Notes: generated from the sequence alone by a model not told the origin. Positions 1 through 10,033 are shown, counted from the first letter of the stretch. The stretch is DNA of 64,000 bases from an uncultured Verrucomicrobiae bacterium (GCA_963707025.1 CAVPOM010000009.1:96001-160000); one strand, 5' to 3'. Numbers and translations: made by a program.

Positions 1-98
1 CCGGCGAACCCAGCCCGGCGTTCAAACCGGCCACTACGACTCCGCGCCCGCGCATCTTCAGGGTGGTGCCGAAGGCCACAGTTCCAAACGCCCATTAG

Positions 99-1541
99 AT
101 GAACCTGAATTTAATCATCCCGGAAATGGCCGTGGTGGGACTGGCGCTGGCCGTGCTGCTCATTGATCTGTGGACGCCGCCGGCGTCCAAGCACCGGCTG
201 GGCTATCTGACGGCGATGGGGCTGGTCGTCATCCTGGTCATGAGTTTTGCCGGTAAAATCGGCGACAACCCCATGGTGGGGTTTGGCGGACTTTTTATTT
301 GCGACGGCCTGGGCCTTTACTTCAAACGCTTTTTCATCGGCGCTGCCATTCTGGTGGTGCTCATGGGAATTGAGTACGCGGATCGCATCCCGGTGGGCAT
401 CGGGGAATTTCAGGTGTTGCTGCTGCTGGCGCTGGCCGGGATGATGTTCGCCGCGTCGGCCAACGATTTCATCCTGGTGTTTGTCGCCTTGGAATTGATC
501 ACCGTGACCTTTTATGTGCTGGTCAGCTTCCAGCGGGGGCGGCTGGCATCGCTGGAAGCGGGCGTGAAATACCTGGTGATGGGCGCGCTATCCGCCGCCT
601 TTCTGGTTTTCGGCATCGCCCTGCTCTTCGCGGCCGCCAACAGCACCAATTTCTCCGCCTTGAACGCCGCCTCCGCCGCGCTGGCCAACAACCGGCTTTT
701 CTGGCTCGGCCTGTTGCTCATTTTGGTCGGGCTGGCCTTCAAGACCGCCGTTTTCCCCATGCAAATGTGGGCGCCGGACGTTTACCAGGGAGCGCCCACC
801 CCTGTGACCGCCTTCCTGGCCATTGCTTCCAAGGGCGCCGGCTTCGTCCTCCTCCTGCGAGTGTTGTTTATGGCCGTGCCCTTTGTTTCGCGCCACTGGG
901 CAACCTTGTTCCTGATCGTGGCCGCCATCACCATTCTTTACGGCAACCTCTGCGCCCTGCCGCAACGCAGCTTGAAGCGGCTCCTGGGCTACTCCAGCAT
1001 CGCCCATGCGGGTTATTTGATGCTCGGCGTGGCCGCCCTTAACAGCACCGGTTCCGCCGCCGTGCTCTATTATCTCCTGGGCTACTTGTTTACCCTGGGC
1101 GCCGCCTTCGTCGTCATTTGTCTGGTCTGCCGCCAATCCGACGACATCGGCACGCTGGCGGGATTAAACCAGCGTTCGCCCGTCCTGGCCGCGGCGATGG
1201 CCATGGCCATGATTTCGCTGGCCGGCATTCCGCCGCTGGCCGGTTTTGCCGGCAAACTTTTTCTGCTCCAGTCCGTCGTGGAACAGGCCGCCCGCAACCC
1301 GGCCTTTTATGGGCTGGCCATGGTGGCGGTGGTCGGCGTGGTCATCTCGATGGCCTACTATATGGGCGTGGTTCGGGCCATCTATTGGTCAAAAGACTGC
1401 CCCGACACCGCGCCCATCCCCATCGCGCCGACCATGAAAGTTTCCCTGGCCGTTTGCATGGCGGGCATGCTGTATCTGGGTCTTTTCCCCAACGCGGTGG
1501 TGCAGGCGGCGGCCGAAGCGGCCAGGGCGCTGAAGTTTTAG
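99..1541 (+). CDS. nuoN: NADH-quinone oxidoreductase subunit N
   Basis: 480 aa multi-TM protein with SLEAGVKY, FKTAVFPMQMWAPDVYQGAPTP, KRLLGYSSIAHAGY and SLAGIPPLAGF motifs. Confidence 0.95.
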   Translation: MNLNLIIPEMAVVGLALAVLLIDLWTPPASKHRLGYLTAMGLVVILVMSFAGKIGDNPMVGFGGLFICDGLGLYFKRFFIGAAILVVLMGIEYADRIPVGIGEFQVLLLLALAGMMFAASANDFILVFVALELITVTFYVLVSFQRGRLASLEAGVKYLVMGALSAAFLVFGIALLFAAANSTNFSALNAASAALANNRLFWLGLLLILVGLAFKTAVFPMQMWAPDVYQGAPTPVTAFLAIASKGAGFVLLLRVLFMAVPFVSRHWATLFLIVAAITILYGNLCALPQRSLKRLLGYSSIAHAGYLMLGVAALNSTGSAAVLYYLLGYLFTLGAAFVVICLVCRQSDDIGTLAGLNQRSPVLAAAMAMAMISLAGIPPLAGFAGKLFLLQSVVEQAARNPAFYGLAMVAVVGVVISMAYYMGVVRAIYWSKDCPDTAPIPIAPTMKVSLAVCMAGMLYLGLFPNAVVQAAAEAARALKF

Positions 1542-1612
1542 CAAAAAGGAAAACCCCTAAAACAGTCTTGCCATCAGCGCCCTCCAGCGCCTATATTGGC
1601 CTTCTAAATTTT

Positions 1613-1843
1613 ATGGCTGACATAGCGAACAAATATCCCGACAACGTGGCGGGCAAGTATTACGTGGATAACCAGTGCATTGACTGCGACCTGTGCCGCG
1701 AAACCGCCCCCAACAATTTCAAGCGCAACGACGACGGCGGCTTTTCTTTTGTGTTCAAGCAACCCGGCACGCCGGAGGAGGAAGCTCAGTGCAAGGAGGC
1801 GCAGGAGGGTTGCCCCGTTGAAGCCATTGGCGACAACGGCTGA
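1613..1843 (+). CDS. Ferredoxin (single Fe-S cluster, Fer4_13-like)
   Basis: ATG at 1613; YYVDNQCIDCDLC...GCPVEAIG; TTGCCA(1568)-18-TATATT promoter-like sequence upstream. Confidence 0.92.
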   Translation: MADIANKYPDNVAGKYYVDNQCIDCDLCRETAPNNFKRNDDGGFSFVFKQPGTPEEEAQCKEAQEGCPVEAIGDNG

Positions 1844-1963
1844 GCGGGAGCGGGGCCGGGCGGAGCCAGGCCGGCACGGAGCAGGCTGGGTGGCCAGGGC
1901 CGCCATCGGGCCGGAAGGGCGCCTTTTCCGGCGGCGGCGAGAGTGAACCGTTGAAGTTTCATT

Positions 1964-2851
1964 ATGACAACGACCTTCAAGAAGCTGGAAATCCCCGGCC
2001 GGGTCATGTTCACCGAGGGCAAAGGCGAACTGCTCATGCTGGAGGTCAACACCGCCTGGAGCCGCGCCGAATTATACCTGCACGGCGCCCACCTCACTCA
2101 CTTCCAGATCAAGGACCAGCCGCCCCTGCTTTTCATGAGCCAGTTCAGCCGCTTCAAGGAAGGCGCTCCCATCCGCGGCGGCATCCCCGTCATTTTTCCC
2201 TGGTTCGGCGCGCGCGAAGGCGAACCGGCCCACGGCTTTGCCCGCACCCAGCTCTGGGAATTGCGCGAGATTTCCCAGTTGACCGATGGCGGCCTGAGCC
2301 TGCGCCTGGGCCTGCCCGATTCCCCCGCCGCCGCCTTGTTCCCCAAATTCACCCTGGAATACCGCCTGACCCTCGGCCGGACCCTGGCCGCCGAACTGAT
2401 CGTCACCAACGACTCGGAAGACCAGGAGTTCACTTTTGAAAACTGCCTGCACGCCTATTTCCAGATCGGCGACATCACCGCCGTTTCCGTCACCGGACTC
2501 AAAGGCACCGATTACCTGGACAAGGTGGATGGCTTTTCCCGCAAAACGGAACGGGCCGAGCATTTGCAATTCTCGCGGGAAACGGACTCCGTTTATCTCA
2601 ACACCCCGCACCCGGTGGAGATTCACGACTCCAAATTGCAGCGGCGCATCCGCATCGAAAAATCCGGCTCCCTTTCCACCGTGGTCTGGAATCCGTGGGC
2701 GGACAAGGCCCAGCAGATGCCCGATTTGGGCAATGAAGAGTACAAGGAAATGCTCTGCGTGGAACCGGGCAATGTCGGCGAAAACAAAATCACCCTCCCC
2801 GCCGGAAAAAGCGCCAGCTTCAAAATTGTCGTCAGCACCCTGCCGCTCTGA
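1964..2851 (+). CDS. D-hexose-6-phosphate mutarotase (aldose 1-epimerase family, YeaD-like)
   Basis: IRGGIPVIFPW, HGFAR, LHAYF, VVWNPW and MLCVE motifs. Confidence 0.9.
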   Translation: MTTTFKKLEIPGRVMFTEGKGELLMLEVNTAWSRAELYLHGAHLTHFQIKDQPPLLFMSQFSRFKEGAPIRGGIPVIFPWFGAREGEPAHGFARTQLWELREISQLTDGGLSLRLGLPDSPAAALFPKFTLEYRLTLGRTLAAELIVTNDSEDQEFTFENCLHAYFQIGDITAVSVTGLKGTDYLDKVDGFSRKTERAEHLQFSRETDSVYLNTPHPVEIHDSKLQRRIRIEKSGSLSTVVWNPWADKAQQMPDLGNEEYKEMLCVEPGNVGENKITLPAGKSASFKIVVSTLPL

Positions 2852-2892
2852 GCCAAGACAGACTGTGGTTGGTTGCTGAAAGTCGTTGTCTT

Positions 2893-3774
2893 ATGGATTC
2901 ATTCACCTTAATCGTCCTTGGGATTTTTGTCGGAGGGGCGGTCTTGGTCGCATTGGCGTGGCGCCTTACTCGCGGCCTGCCGACATGCGTGAGGTTGCTG
3001 CCAACAACATTCATTGTGGCGCTTGCGATTGCCCCTGGCGTTATCGGTGGGGAAGGTGGCATGGCCATTGTTCCTGCCGTTCTCGTCCTTTTCAGCGCGC
3101 CGCAGGTGGTCTTGGGCCCGATAGGCATGGAGTGGGCGGCATTTTATATTGTCTCGGTCGTAGTGCATCTTTTCAATCGTTTGGTAGCCCGAAGATACAA
3201 ATCCCCGTGGCAGGTGATGTTGCTGGCCGGAATTGCAGCCGTAGTGACTGTAATCGCGGCTGGTCATTGTAAGGTCGGCCAGCGGGTGGCATCCATAGAT
3301 TTCAAAGCGGTCTATCCAAACATTCAACCTTACGGTGGCGGCTCTGGCTCCTGCGAAATGGCCGCGGGAGTCTATCCGAATCTACAAGGCACCAGTGCGT
3401 TTGCTTTCAAAACTCCACATGGCGGAATCGCACTGGACTGCACTTTCAGAGATGAAGTTTATGGCGCAGCTTACTTCCGGGATGCCACAGCCTCGCCAAC
3501 CTCCCAACCGATTGGAAGCGAGTCATTTTTCGATGTCTTGGCCGGGACGCGAATCCGGCTCAATTATCGCCGCCACAACCTTGGCGTAATTTTTAGCGGA
3601 ACAGACAAGGCGGAGATGGAAGAAGCGGCGAGGAACCTGGACGCCGCGATTATGAAGGGAAACCCGAAAATTCGAATGCAGGACATTGAGCTTCGCCAGG
3701 TAACGGGCTTCAAGTTATCGGTTTACTTCGCGCCGCTTTCTTGGATTCTTTATATCTGTCCCGGCGCACCGTAG
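2893..3774 (+). CDS. Hypothetical membrane protein
   Basis: N-terminal TM helices, visibly lower GC than flanks, no recognised motif; start uncertain (2869 or 2893). Confidence 0.55.
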   Translation: MDSFTLIVLGIFVGGAVLVALAWRLTRGLPTCVRLLPTTFIVALAIAPGVIGGEGGMAIVPAVLVLFSAPQVVLGPIGMEWAAFYIVSVVVHLFNRLVARRYKSPWQVMLLAGIAAVVTVIAAGHCKVGQRVASIDFKAVYPNIQPYGGGSGSCEMAAGVYPNLQGTSAFAFKTPHGGIALDCTFRDEVYGAAYFRDATASPTSQPIGSESFFDVLAGTRIRLNYRRHNLGVIFSGTDKAEMEEAARNLDAAIMKGNPKIRMQDIELRQVTGFKLSVYFAPLSWILYICPGAP

Positions 3775-3883
3775 GGCGGCAGCGCCTTCCGCCTTGGATC
3801 TCGCCAACCGGAACATTGAGTCAACTCAACGTCTGCCCCGAGTCTGCGAGGGGCCACCTGCGGGGTAACGACCCGATAATTCT

Positions 3884-3969
3884 TCTCCCTCTCCTCCTCG
3901 GAGCAGGGCCGTGGAGAGGAGGCCGTTTGGTCCGCTTCCGTGCGGCTATAGTTTTCATGAAACTGCTCT
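3884..3969. repeat. Partial copy of the MITE-like repeat at 7623-7750
   Basis: ctccctctcctcctcgg...gagaggaggcc...cttccgtgcggcta.agttttcatgaaa.tgctct is shared with 7662-7749. Confidence 0.8.
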
Positions 3970-3981
3970 GACGATAAGCTC

Positions 3982-5370
3982 TTATTTGGGCCTTCCCGCC
4001 CTGCCCTGGAGCAGGGCGTCGGCCCGGTTCTTCCATTTAATCGCCTCCTCCGTTTTGTCCTCCTCCAGAAGAACCACGCTGAGATTCATGCATACCTTCC
4101 ACGAGTTGGGATTTTTCGCGTAATTGTCCTCCCAGAGCGTCCGCCCATCGGCCAGCACCTTTTCATGCTGGCAGGTCAGCAACGCCAGGACCGCCGCGGC
4201 CAGGCCGGCGGCCAGCGCCGGCGTGACCAGCCCCTGATGCCGCGTCCAGACGGCGATCAAGGCGGCGATCAAGGCGAGGATGGCCGGAAGGGCCAGATAT
4301 TGAAAATGATCCGCCACCCGCGAATTGGAAAAAAAGGCGAGGTCCACCATCCCCAGCGCCGGAGCCAGCGCCACCCCGAAATAACCCAAGGCAAACAACC
4401 ACGGCCGCCCCCAGCTTTTCCGGCGGCGCCAGAGAAGAAAAAACAAACCGGCCAGCAGCAGCGCCGGCAGGTAGGAAACCGCCGCGCGCGGATCAATTTC
4501 CCAGCGCGGATAGATCATCGTCAGGCCGGCGGGCGCCAGGACTTTTCCGAGATAAAACCAGACCGCCCAGGAGCCGCCGATCAACCGCACCCAGAGACTG
4601 TCGTGGATGACGCCGACGCCGCCATGCACCGCCTTGGATTGGACGGCCACGGCCACCAGCGCCATGAGCACGGCCAGCACAAAAAAAGGAATGCAGCGGT
4701 CCAGGTCCCGCCGCGTGACCCGCCCGCGCCGCCACCAGACAAAAAGCAACAGCACCACCGGCAACACCGCCACGGAACTTTTCGCCAGCAGCGCCAGAAA
4801 AAACGCCGCCAGGGATAAGCCGGGCAACCGCCTGGAACTTCCGCTTTGCACCGGCGAACGAACGAGGTCATCGAAGCGCAGGAACCACCACAGGCTCAGC
4901 AGGTAGAAGAACATGGAGAGGGTGTTCTTGCGCTCGGCAATCCACGCCACCGAGGCCGCGCAGACCGGATGCACCGCAAAGAGCAGGGCCGCCAGCCAGC
5001 TTCCGGGAACGCCCAGGCATTTCAAGACGCGCCAGAGCAGGATGGCGTTGCCGGCGTGCAGCAGGATGTTGACGATATGGTATCCCGCCGCGTGCAGGCC
5101 CCAGAGATGCCACTCCAGCCAGAAGGAGGAAAGGGTCAGCGGGATGTAATCCTCCGGCCAGTTGCCAAACCAGATGGAGTAAAGGCCGTCAACCGTTTTG
5201 ACGGCCGGGTTTTCCGTCAGCAGTTTGTCGTCGTCCCAAATGAAGCCGCCCCGCATGGCCGGCACATAAATGAGCACGGTGACCAGCGCCAGCAGCGCCG
5301 CCGCCAGCCACGGTGGCGGGGCCGCGCGCTCAGGGTTGCTCGCTGGCGGCGCCATGATCCAGAAAAACAA
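3982..5370 (-). CDS. TMTC-like/GT-C membrane glycosyltransferase with short C-terminal TPR
   Basis: FIWDDD, YIPLT..S, GYH..NILLH, LFAVHP....VAWIAERK, ALLAK and VADHFQYL motifs. Confidence 0.8.
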   Translation of the reverse strand: MFFWIMAPPASNPERAAPPPWLAAALLALVTVLIYVPAMRGGFIWDDDKLLTENPAVKTVDGLYSIWFGNWPEDYIPLTLSSFWLEWHLWGLHAAGYHIVNILLHAGNAILLWRVLKCLGVPGSWLAALLFAVHPVCAASVAWIAERKNTLSMFFYLLSLWWFLRFDDLVRSPVQSGSSRRLPGLSLAAFFLALLAKSSVAVLPVVLLLFVWWRRGRVTRRDLDRCIPFFVLAVLMALVAVAVQSKAVHGGVGVIHDSLWVRLIGGSWAVWFYLGKVLAPAGLTMIYPRWEIDPRAAVSYLPALLLAGLFFLLWRRRKSWGRPWLFALGYFGVALAPALGMVDLAFFSNSRVADHFQYLALPAILALIAALIAVWTRHQGLVTPALAAGLAAAVLALLTCQHEKVLADGRTLWEDNYAKNPNSWKVCMNLSVVLLEEDKTEEAIKWKNRADALLQGRAGRPK

Positions 5371-5713
5371 GTTGCTGCTGCCCCGGCCTGCCGATCAACG
5401 CCATGGCGCGATTGGGAAAAAGCGCGAAAAGTTCTTCATCCGTGATGATTTTGACTTTGGCCGTCTCCGTGCGCAGGACCACCAGCGGGCCGGAGGCCGG
5501 CGGCGCGGGGGACGAGCCGTGCAGGAGCGCCACCAAAATCAAGAACAGCAGAAAGACGGGCAAGCCGGTGGCACAGGCGCGTAAAACACGCTGGCGCCGC
5601 CGGCGCCGTTGCAGGAAATCCACCCCGCCCGCCAGCGAGGCCGCCCGCAAATTCGCCGCCTCCCCGTCCTCGAGGATTTCGCGCAATAGCCGGTCTTGTT
5701 CGGAGCGTTTCAT
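5330..5713 (-). CDS. Hypothetical single-TM protein (possible anti-sigma factor)
   Basis: 127 aa, Arg cluster followed by one TM helix, directly downstream of an ECF sigma gene. Confidence 0.6.
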   Translation of the reverse strand: MKRSEQDRLLREILEDGEAANLRAASLAGGVDFLQRRRRRQRVLRACATGLPVFLLFLILVALLHGSSPAPPASGPLVVLRTETAKVKIITDEELFALFPNRAMALIGRPGQQQLVFLDHGAASEQP

Positions 5714-5745
5714 GGCAACCGTTCAGTTTTTGATGGGCAGGGCAA

Positions 5746-5800
5746 GGTAGGGCGGGCAGTCCCCTGCCCGCCGCGGCGCGCACGGAGTGCGCGCCCTACC
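5746..5800. repeat. GTAG-type REP palindrome
   Basis: ggtagggcgggcagtcccctgcccgcc...cgccctacc; related copies at 16510-16535, 17859-17885 and 58525-58552. Confidence 0.8.
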
Positions 5801-5823
5801 CGCCAAGATTGAGGCATGTCGTT

Positions 5824-6459
5824 TCATGGCATTCGCAACTTTTCCATGATACGCGCGCGCAGATGCCGCCGCAACCGCAGAAGCCGCGATTCCACCGCCT
5901 TCTCGCTCAACCCGCCCAGCGCGGAAAGTTCGCGCACGGTTTCGCCGGCCAGGTACTTGTTTTCAATGAGCAGGCGGTCCTCCGGCTCCAGTTCGTCCAG
6001 GCTTTCCTCCAGCAGCGCGCCGAGCCGGCCGTCGTCCCCGGCGGCGGGTTCGCGCGGATAAGCTCTGCGGCCCAGGGCAAAGTTCTGCAGCAGGGCAAAG
6101 TAGCGGCGGTGTTTGCGGTGGCCGTCGCGGGCGGCGTTGCGCGCCACCGCCTTGAGCCAGCACCAAAAAGCATGCTCCTCCGCAAAGACCCGGCGATGGC
6201 GCAGGAGGCGAAGGAGCGTTTCCTGCAACGCATCCTGCGCCTCCTGCTCCTGTCCGCGCGTGACCGCCAGGAGGAAATGATACAGGCGGTCAAAGTAAAG
6301 CCGGTGAAATTCGCGGAAGGCCTCCTCCTCGCCCGCCGCCAGCCGCCGTGTCAACAACGCAACGGCGCCGCTGGCCGCGCCGCTGGTTGGAGGGTTCCCC
6401 ACAAGGGTGAGCTTGTTGAGTCGAATCGGGAGCAGATTGTTGGCGGCGGTATCGGGCAC
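5824..6459 (-). CDS. ECF-type RNA polymerase sigma factor
   Basis: AQDALQET, WL..VARN region 2; L..EDRLL...Y.G....EL...SEKAVESRL region 4; start uncertain. Confidence 0.9.
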   Translation of the reverse strand: MPDTAANNLLPIRLNKLTLVGNPPTSGAASGAVALLTRRLAAGEEEAFREFHRLYFDRLYHFLLAVTRGQEQEAQDALQETLLRLLRHRRVFAEEHAFWCWLKAVARNAARDGHRKHRRYFALLQNFALGRRAYPREPAAGDDGRLGALLEESLDELEPEDRLLIENKYLAGETVRELSALGGLSEKAVESRLLRLRRHLRARIMEKLRMP

Positions 6460-6465
6460 CTGGAA

Positions 6466-7491
6466 TTATTGGTTTGGTCGGATTGGTTGGCTTGGGATGG
6501 GGATTGCTCCGGCGGGAACTGGCTGGGTGGCGGGGCCATTCCCATAATGATAAGTCGTGATTCCTCCTTGCTGGTTTGTTTGGATTTGGATGCCGAGGGC
6601 TTTCTTCAACAACGTCATTTCCTGCTGGAGTTCAGCAGTCTGGCGAGCCTGAATGGCGGCGGCGGAATCCGAATTGCCCATTGGTTGCTCAATCATGGCG
6701 TTGATGACTTTTCTGGCGACGTTGATGGCATCCTGCCTGCCCGTGGCCACCAGCAAGTTGGCCCCTGGATGAAATTGGAACTGGACCACTATGCCCGGAC
6801 CGTAAACCGATCTGACAGTCTTGCCAACGATTTCCCTCGTGGTCTCAATTGTTTGTTCCTTAAATGCCTGGAACTTGGTGTCCTCCATCTTCTCGGAATC
6901 TCGCTGTTGATTAAAATAGGAAGAGAAATTGAAGACTTCGACTTCGTTTTGTGGTGGCGCGCCAGACGCTCTTTCTTTAAAGAACTGGTCGCTGGCCTCA
7001 AGGGTGTACAACGACGGCGACCCGGCGCCCCCGACCAAACCGCCCTTCCAGTTGAACTTCCCTCCACTGGCGACGCGGAGGGCCGCCAATTCCTCTTCCA
7101 AGTCAGCACCGTGAAGTTTCAGATCGGAAATCTCGACATCCCCCAGTTCCGGCGCCACGGCAATGTTGGCTTCAGGGTGCTTGTCGCGCAGGAGTTTCAC
7201 AATCCTACCAAGCAGGGGGGCTTCCTGGGCATACTCTCCCTTTTGATTGCCCGGTTGGCGCAGCCGTAGCGCGCCGTTCTCGATCTCAAGATCGTATTGC
7301 ATCGGCGCGGGGGACTGCGATGGCTCCGCACGTCGGAGTTCTCTTCTGGGTTGTGGCGCGTCATTGCTTTGCGCCTGGGCCGGCCCAGGCGCCAGGGCCA
7401 GGACGGCGGCAAAGGCCAGGGCGGTGAGGACGCGGCGGAACATAAGGTGTGTTTTCATAGAATCATTAGCATGAACCGGTTCACTTTGCAT
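6466..7491 (-). CDS. Secreted hypothetical protein
   Basis: Signal peptide ending AQAQ; start 7491 or 7458; FHPGANLLVATG resembles secretin N-domain repeats. Confidence 0.7.
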   Translation of the reverse strand: MQSEPVHANDSMKTHLMFRRVLTALAFAAVLALAPGPAQAQSNDAPQPRRELRRAEPSQSPAPMQYDLEIENGALRLRQPGNQKGEYAQEAPLLGRIVKLLRDKHPEANIAVAPELGDVEISDLKLHGADLEEELAALRVASGGKFNWKGGLVGGAGSPSLYTLEASDQFFKERASGAPPQNEVEVFNFSSYFNQQRDSEKMEDTKFQAFKEQTIETTREIVGKTVRSVYGPGIVVQFQFHPGANLLVATGRQDAINVARKVINAMIEQPMGNSDSAAAIQARQTAELQQEMTLLKKALGIQIQTNQQGGITTYHYGNGPATQPVPAGAIPIPSQPIRPNQ

Positions 7492-7622
7492 GCTTCTTTT
7501 CTCACTACACGCCCGCCGGCCCTGAAATCCTTCAACAAAAACACCTCCCCGCCAGGGCGAGGCTCCGCCGAGCCGTGAATAATTCCCAAGAAATCAAGTC
7601 ACGGCTCGACGGAGTCCCGCCC

Positions 7623-7750
7623 TAGAGCGGATTAAAAAATGATGTAGCCAAAACGAAGCTCCTCCCTCTCCTCCTCGGGAGGAGAGGGCCGGGGAGAGGA
7701 GGCCTTTCGGTCGGCTTCCGTGCGGCTACAGTTTTCATGAAATTGCTCTA
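7623..7750. mobile_element. MITE-like palindromic element
   Basis: Terminal inverted repeats TAGAGC...GCTCTA, nested TGTAGCC/GGCTACA, internal hairpin; non-coding. Confidence 0.6.
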
Positions 7751-7803
7751 GCGGGCTGGAATCCGGCTTGATCTCAGCGGGGTCTGGCTGCTAATTTCCC
7801 CCC

Positions 7804-8289
7804 ATGCGACGCGCCTGTTTTTGCCTGGCCATGCTGTGCCTGATGACCATGACGGCCCGGCCCGCTGCCGCGGCGCAGGGCAAAGTCATCAAGGCCCTGC
7901 CCGAGTTTCTTGACAAGCAGGGCCAAGCCTCGCTTTCCCCCAGTTTATATGAGCGCGACGCCTACCAGGCGTATTTGCGCAAACATCCCGGCGAGCGGAC
8001 GGCGCTGCGCCTGGCCGTGCAGTGGAAGGCCGGCGGGGTGGATTGGGGCCGGGTGAAATTGCGCGCCGAACTGCGCGGCGTGCTGGGCAACGCCCTTCAC
8101 ACCACCACCCTGGAAACGCCCGTCAAGAAGAACGGCCATTTCAGCCAGTGGACCGATTTCACCATTGCCGGGGACGATTTCAAAAAATTCGGCCAACTCG
8201 CGGCCTGGCGCGTGACGTTGTGGGAGGGTGAAAAGCAACTCGGCTCCCAGCAGTCCTTCCTGTGGTCCCCCGTGGGCGATGAAAATTAA
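7804..8289 (+). CDS. Hypothetical secreted protein
   Basis: Signal peptide, SLSPSLYERDAYQAYLR segment, host-like codon usage. Confidence 0.75.
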   Translation: MRRACFCLAMLCLMTMTARPAAAAQGKVIKALPEFLDKQGQASLSPSLYERDAYQAYLRKHPGERTALRLAVQWKAGGVDWGRVKLRAELRGVLGNALHTTTLETPVKKNGHFSQWTDFTIAGDDFKKFGQLAAWRVTLWEGEKQLGSQQSFLWSPVGDEN

Positions 8290-8345
8290 GCCCCTCCCTC
8301 CTCCTCTCCATCTTAATCCTAATCTTAATCTTAATCCCAATCCGG

Positions 8346-8744
8346 ATGCCAAAGATTCCACCAACCGCATTTGAACCCATCTTCCTCCGCTTGCGGGCCA
8401 TCCTTCTGCAACAGGCCGGAGCGCTGGCCGTGAAGACCGACGCGCCCGACTGCTATAGCCTGCAGGCCCCTGCCGGCCCCGCCGCCGTCCAGGCCTGGGG
8501 CGGCAAGGTGAGGAGGCCGGTGATTCCCGTGGCCTGGGTCCAGATTGGCAAGGCCTATGTGAGCTATCATCTCATGGGCGCTGATGGAGGCAAGACGATC
8601 CCGCCCGCGCTGCAGGCGCGCATGCAAGGCAAGACCTGCTTCAACTTCAAGAACATGGACGAACCGCTCTTCAGGGAGCTTGAGCAATTGACCGCTCAGG
8701 CCATCGCCCGCATGAGAACGGCCGGATTCATCAGCGCCAAATAA
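8346..8744 (+). CDS. Hypothetical protein (DUF1801-like)
   Basis: IGKAYVSYHLM and RMQGKTCFNFK motifs. Confidence 0.65.
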   Translation: MPKIPPTAFEPIFLRLRAILLQQAGALAVKTDAPDCYSLQAPAGPAAVQAWGGKVRRPVIPVAWVQIGKAYVSYHLMGADGGKTIPPALQARMQGKTCFNFKNMDEPLFRELEQLTAQAIARMRTAGFISAK

Positions 8745-8745
8745 A

Positions 8746-9471
8746 TCAGCCGTCTTCGGCCTTCTTGCTTTTGCCTTCCGCCTTTTCCGTCTTTTCCGTC
8801 TTGTCCCCCTTCTCGTGTTTCTCGTGTTTTTCCGCCTTGGGCGCGCGCGGTTTCTTTTCAGGGCGGGCGGCGGTCCCGGCGGATTCAGGGGCGGCGCTTT
8901 CTTCGGCGCGGGCGGTTTCGGCGCGGCGATGACCGCGGGATTCGGTCCGGGCGCGCCCTTCCCTGGCTTCCCTGCCTTCGGCGGGCGCGGCCTGGGGTGC
9001 GGGCGCGGGCGGCGGCGTGGTGCTTTCAATGCGCACTTTCAAGGGCGCAGTCACATCGGTATGGAGGCGAAGCTCGACGACGTGTTCGCCCAGGGTCTTG
9101 ATGGGGTGTTCCAGATAAATTTTCCTTTTTTCCAGCACGATGTCGAACTGGGTCTTCAACTGGTCGGCAATCATCCCCGCCGTGATGGCGCCAAACATTT
9201 TGCCGTCCTCGCCGGTCTTGACCGCGATGACGGCGATGAGATTGGACACGCTCTTGGCCAACTCGGACATGCTGCTGAATTCATGGGCCTCGCGTTCGCC
9301 CCGGCGTTTTTTGAGGGCTTCGATGCGCTTCCTGTTGGTGGCCGTCAGCGGCACGGCCAGGCCCTGGGGAAACAAGTAATTGCGGGCGTAGCCGGCGGCG
9401 ACTCTGACTTGGTCGGATTCTCCGCCCAAGCCAACGATGTTCTGGATGAGGATGACTTCGGTTTTTGCCAT
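8746..9471 (-). CDS. rplI: 50S ribosomal protein L9 with long charged C-terminal extension
   Basis: ATG at 9471; VILIQ..GLG..D.V.V.AGYARNYLFP, GKMFGAIT and PIKTLGEH motifs. Confidence 0.95.
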   Translation of the reverse strand: MAKTEVILIQNIVGLGGESDQVRVAAGYARNYLFPQGLAVPLTATNRKRIEALKKRRGEREAHEFSSMSELAKSVSNLIAVIAVKTGEDGKMFGAITAGMIADQLKTQFDIVLEKRKIYLEHPIKTLGEHVVELRLHTDVTAPLKVRIESTTPPPAPAPQAAPAEGREAREGRARTESRGHRRAETARAEESAAPESAGTAARPEKKPRAPKAEKHEKHEKGDKTEKTEKAEGKSKKAEDG

Positions 9472-9532
9472 AAAATTCAGGGGTTCAGGGCCGGAAGCAA
9501 GGCCTGCGGCCGGTGATTCCGGGGAAAAGGGG

Positions 9533-10006
9533 TTAAAAGGGAACGTCGTCTTCTTCGGGCGGCGCCTCGCCCTCCGGCGGGCCGCCGGCGGCAGCGGGTT
9601 TGTCCGGGGCGGCGGGGCGGCGGGGCGGTTCGCCGGAAGGCACTGCGCCTCCACCGGCGCCGCCCTCGGCGGCTTTGGAATCAAGGAAGGAAAAGGATTC
9701 CAAAACGACCTTGAGTTTGGATTGTTTTTGATGGGTGTTTTTGTCTTCCCAGGTGTCCAGTCTGAGCCGGCCCTCCACCAAAAGGGGCCGGCCTTTGCGC
9801 ATGTATTGGGCGATGACTTCGGCCTGGCGACCCCAGACGTCAACATCCACAAAGGTGACCTCCTCCTTGGCTTCGCCGCTTTCGGATTTCCAAGTGCGGT
9901 TGATGGCCATGCCCATCTTCACCACCGCCGTGCCCTTGGGAGTGTAACGCAGTTCCGGGTCGCGGGTCAGGTTCCCGGCGAGGATGACTTTGTTGAAATT
10001 GGCCAT
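9533..10006 (-). CDS. ssb: Single-stranded DNA-binding protein
   Basis: NKVILAGNLTRDPELRYT at the N-terminus; ends in DDVPF. Confidence 0.97.
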   Translation of the reverse strand: MANFNKVILAGNLTRDPELRYTPKGTAVVKMGMAINRTWKSESGEAKEEVTFVDVDVWGRQAEVIAQYMRKGRPLLVEGRLRLDTWEDKNTHQKQSKLKVVLESFSFLDSKAAEGGAGGGAVPSGEPPRRPAAPDKPAAAGGPPEGEAPPEEDDVPF

Positions 10007-10033
10007 AGATCACCTTTAGCGGTTTGCCTCGGC

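Noticed and set aside
1..98. 3' end of nuoM
   Set aside because: A frame ends at TAG 96-98 as expected from context, but the 31 aa show no recognisable NuoM motif
9472..9852. 368-aa L9 ORF overlapping ssb
   Set aside because: Off-frame read-through of ssb; L9 homology starts at 9471
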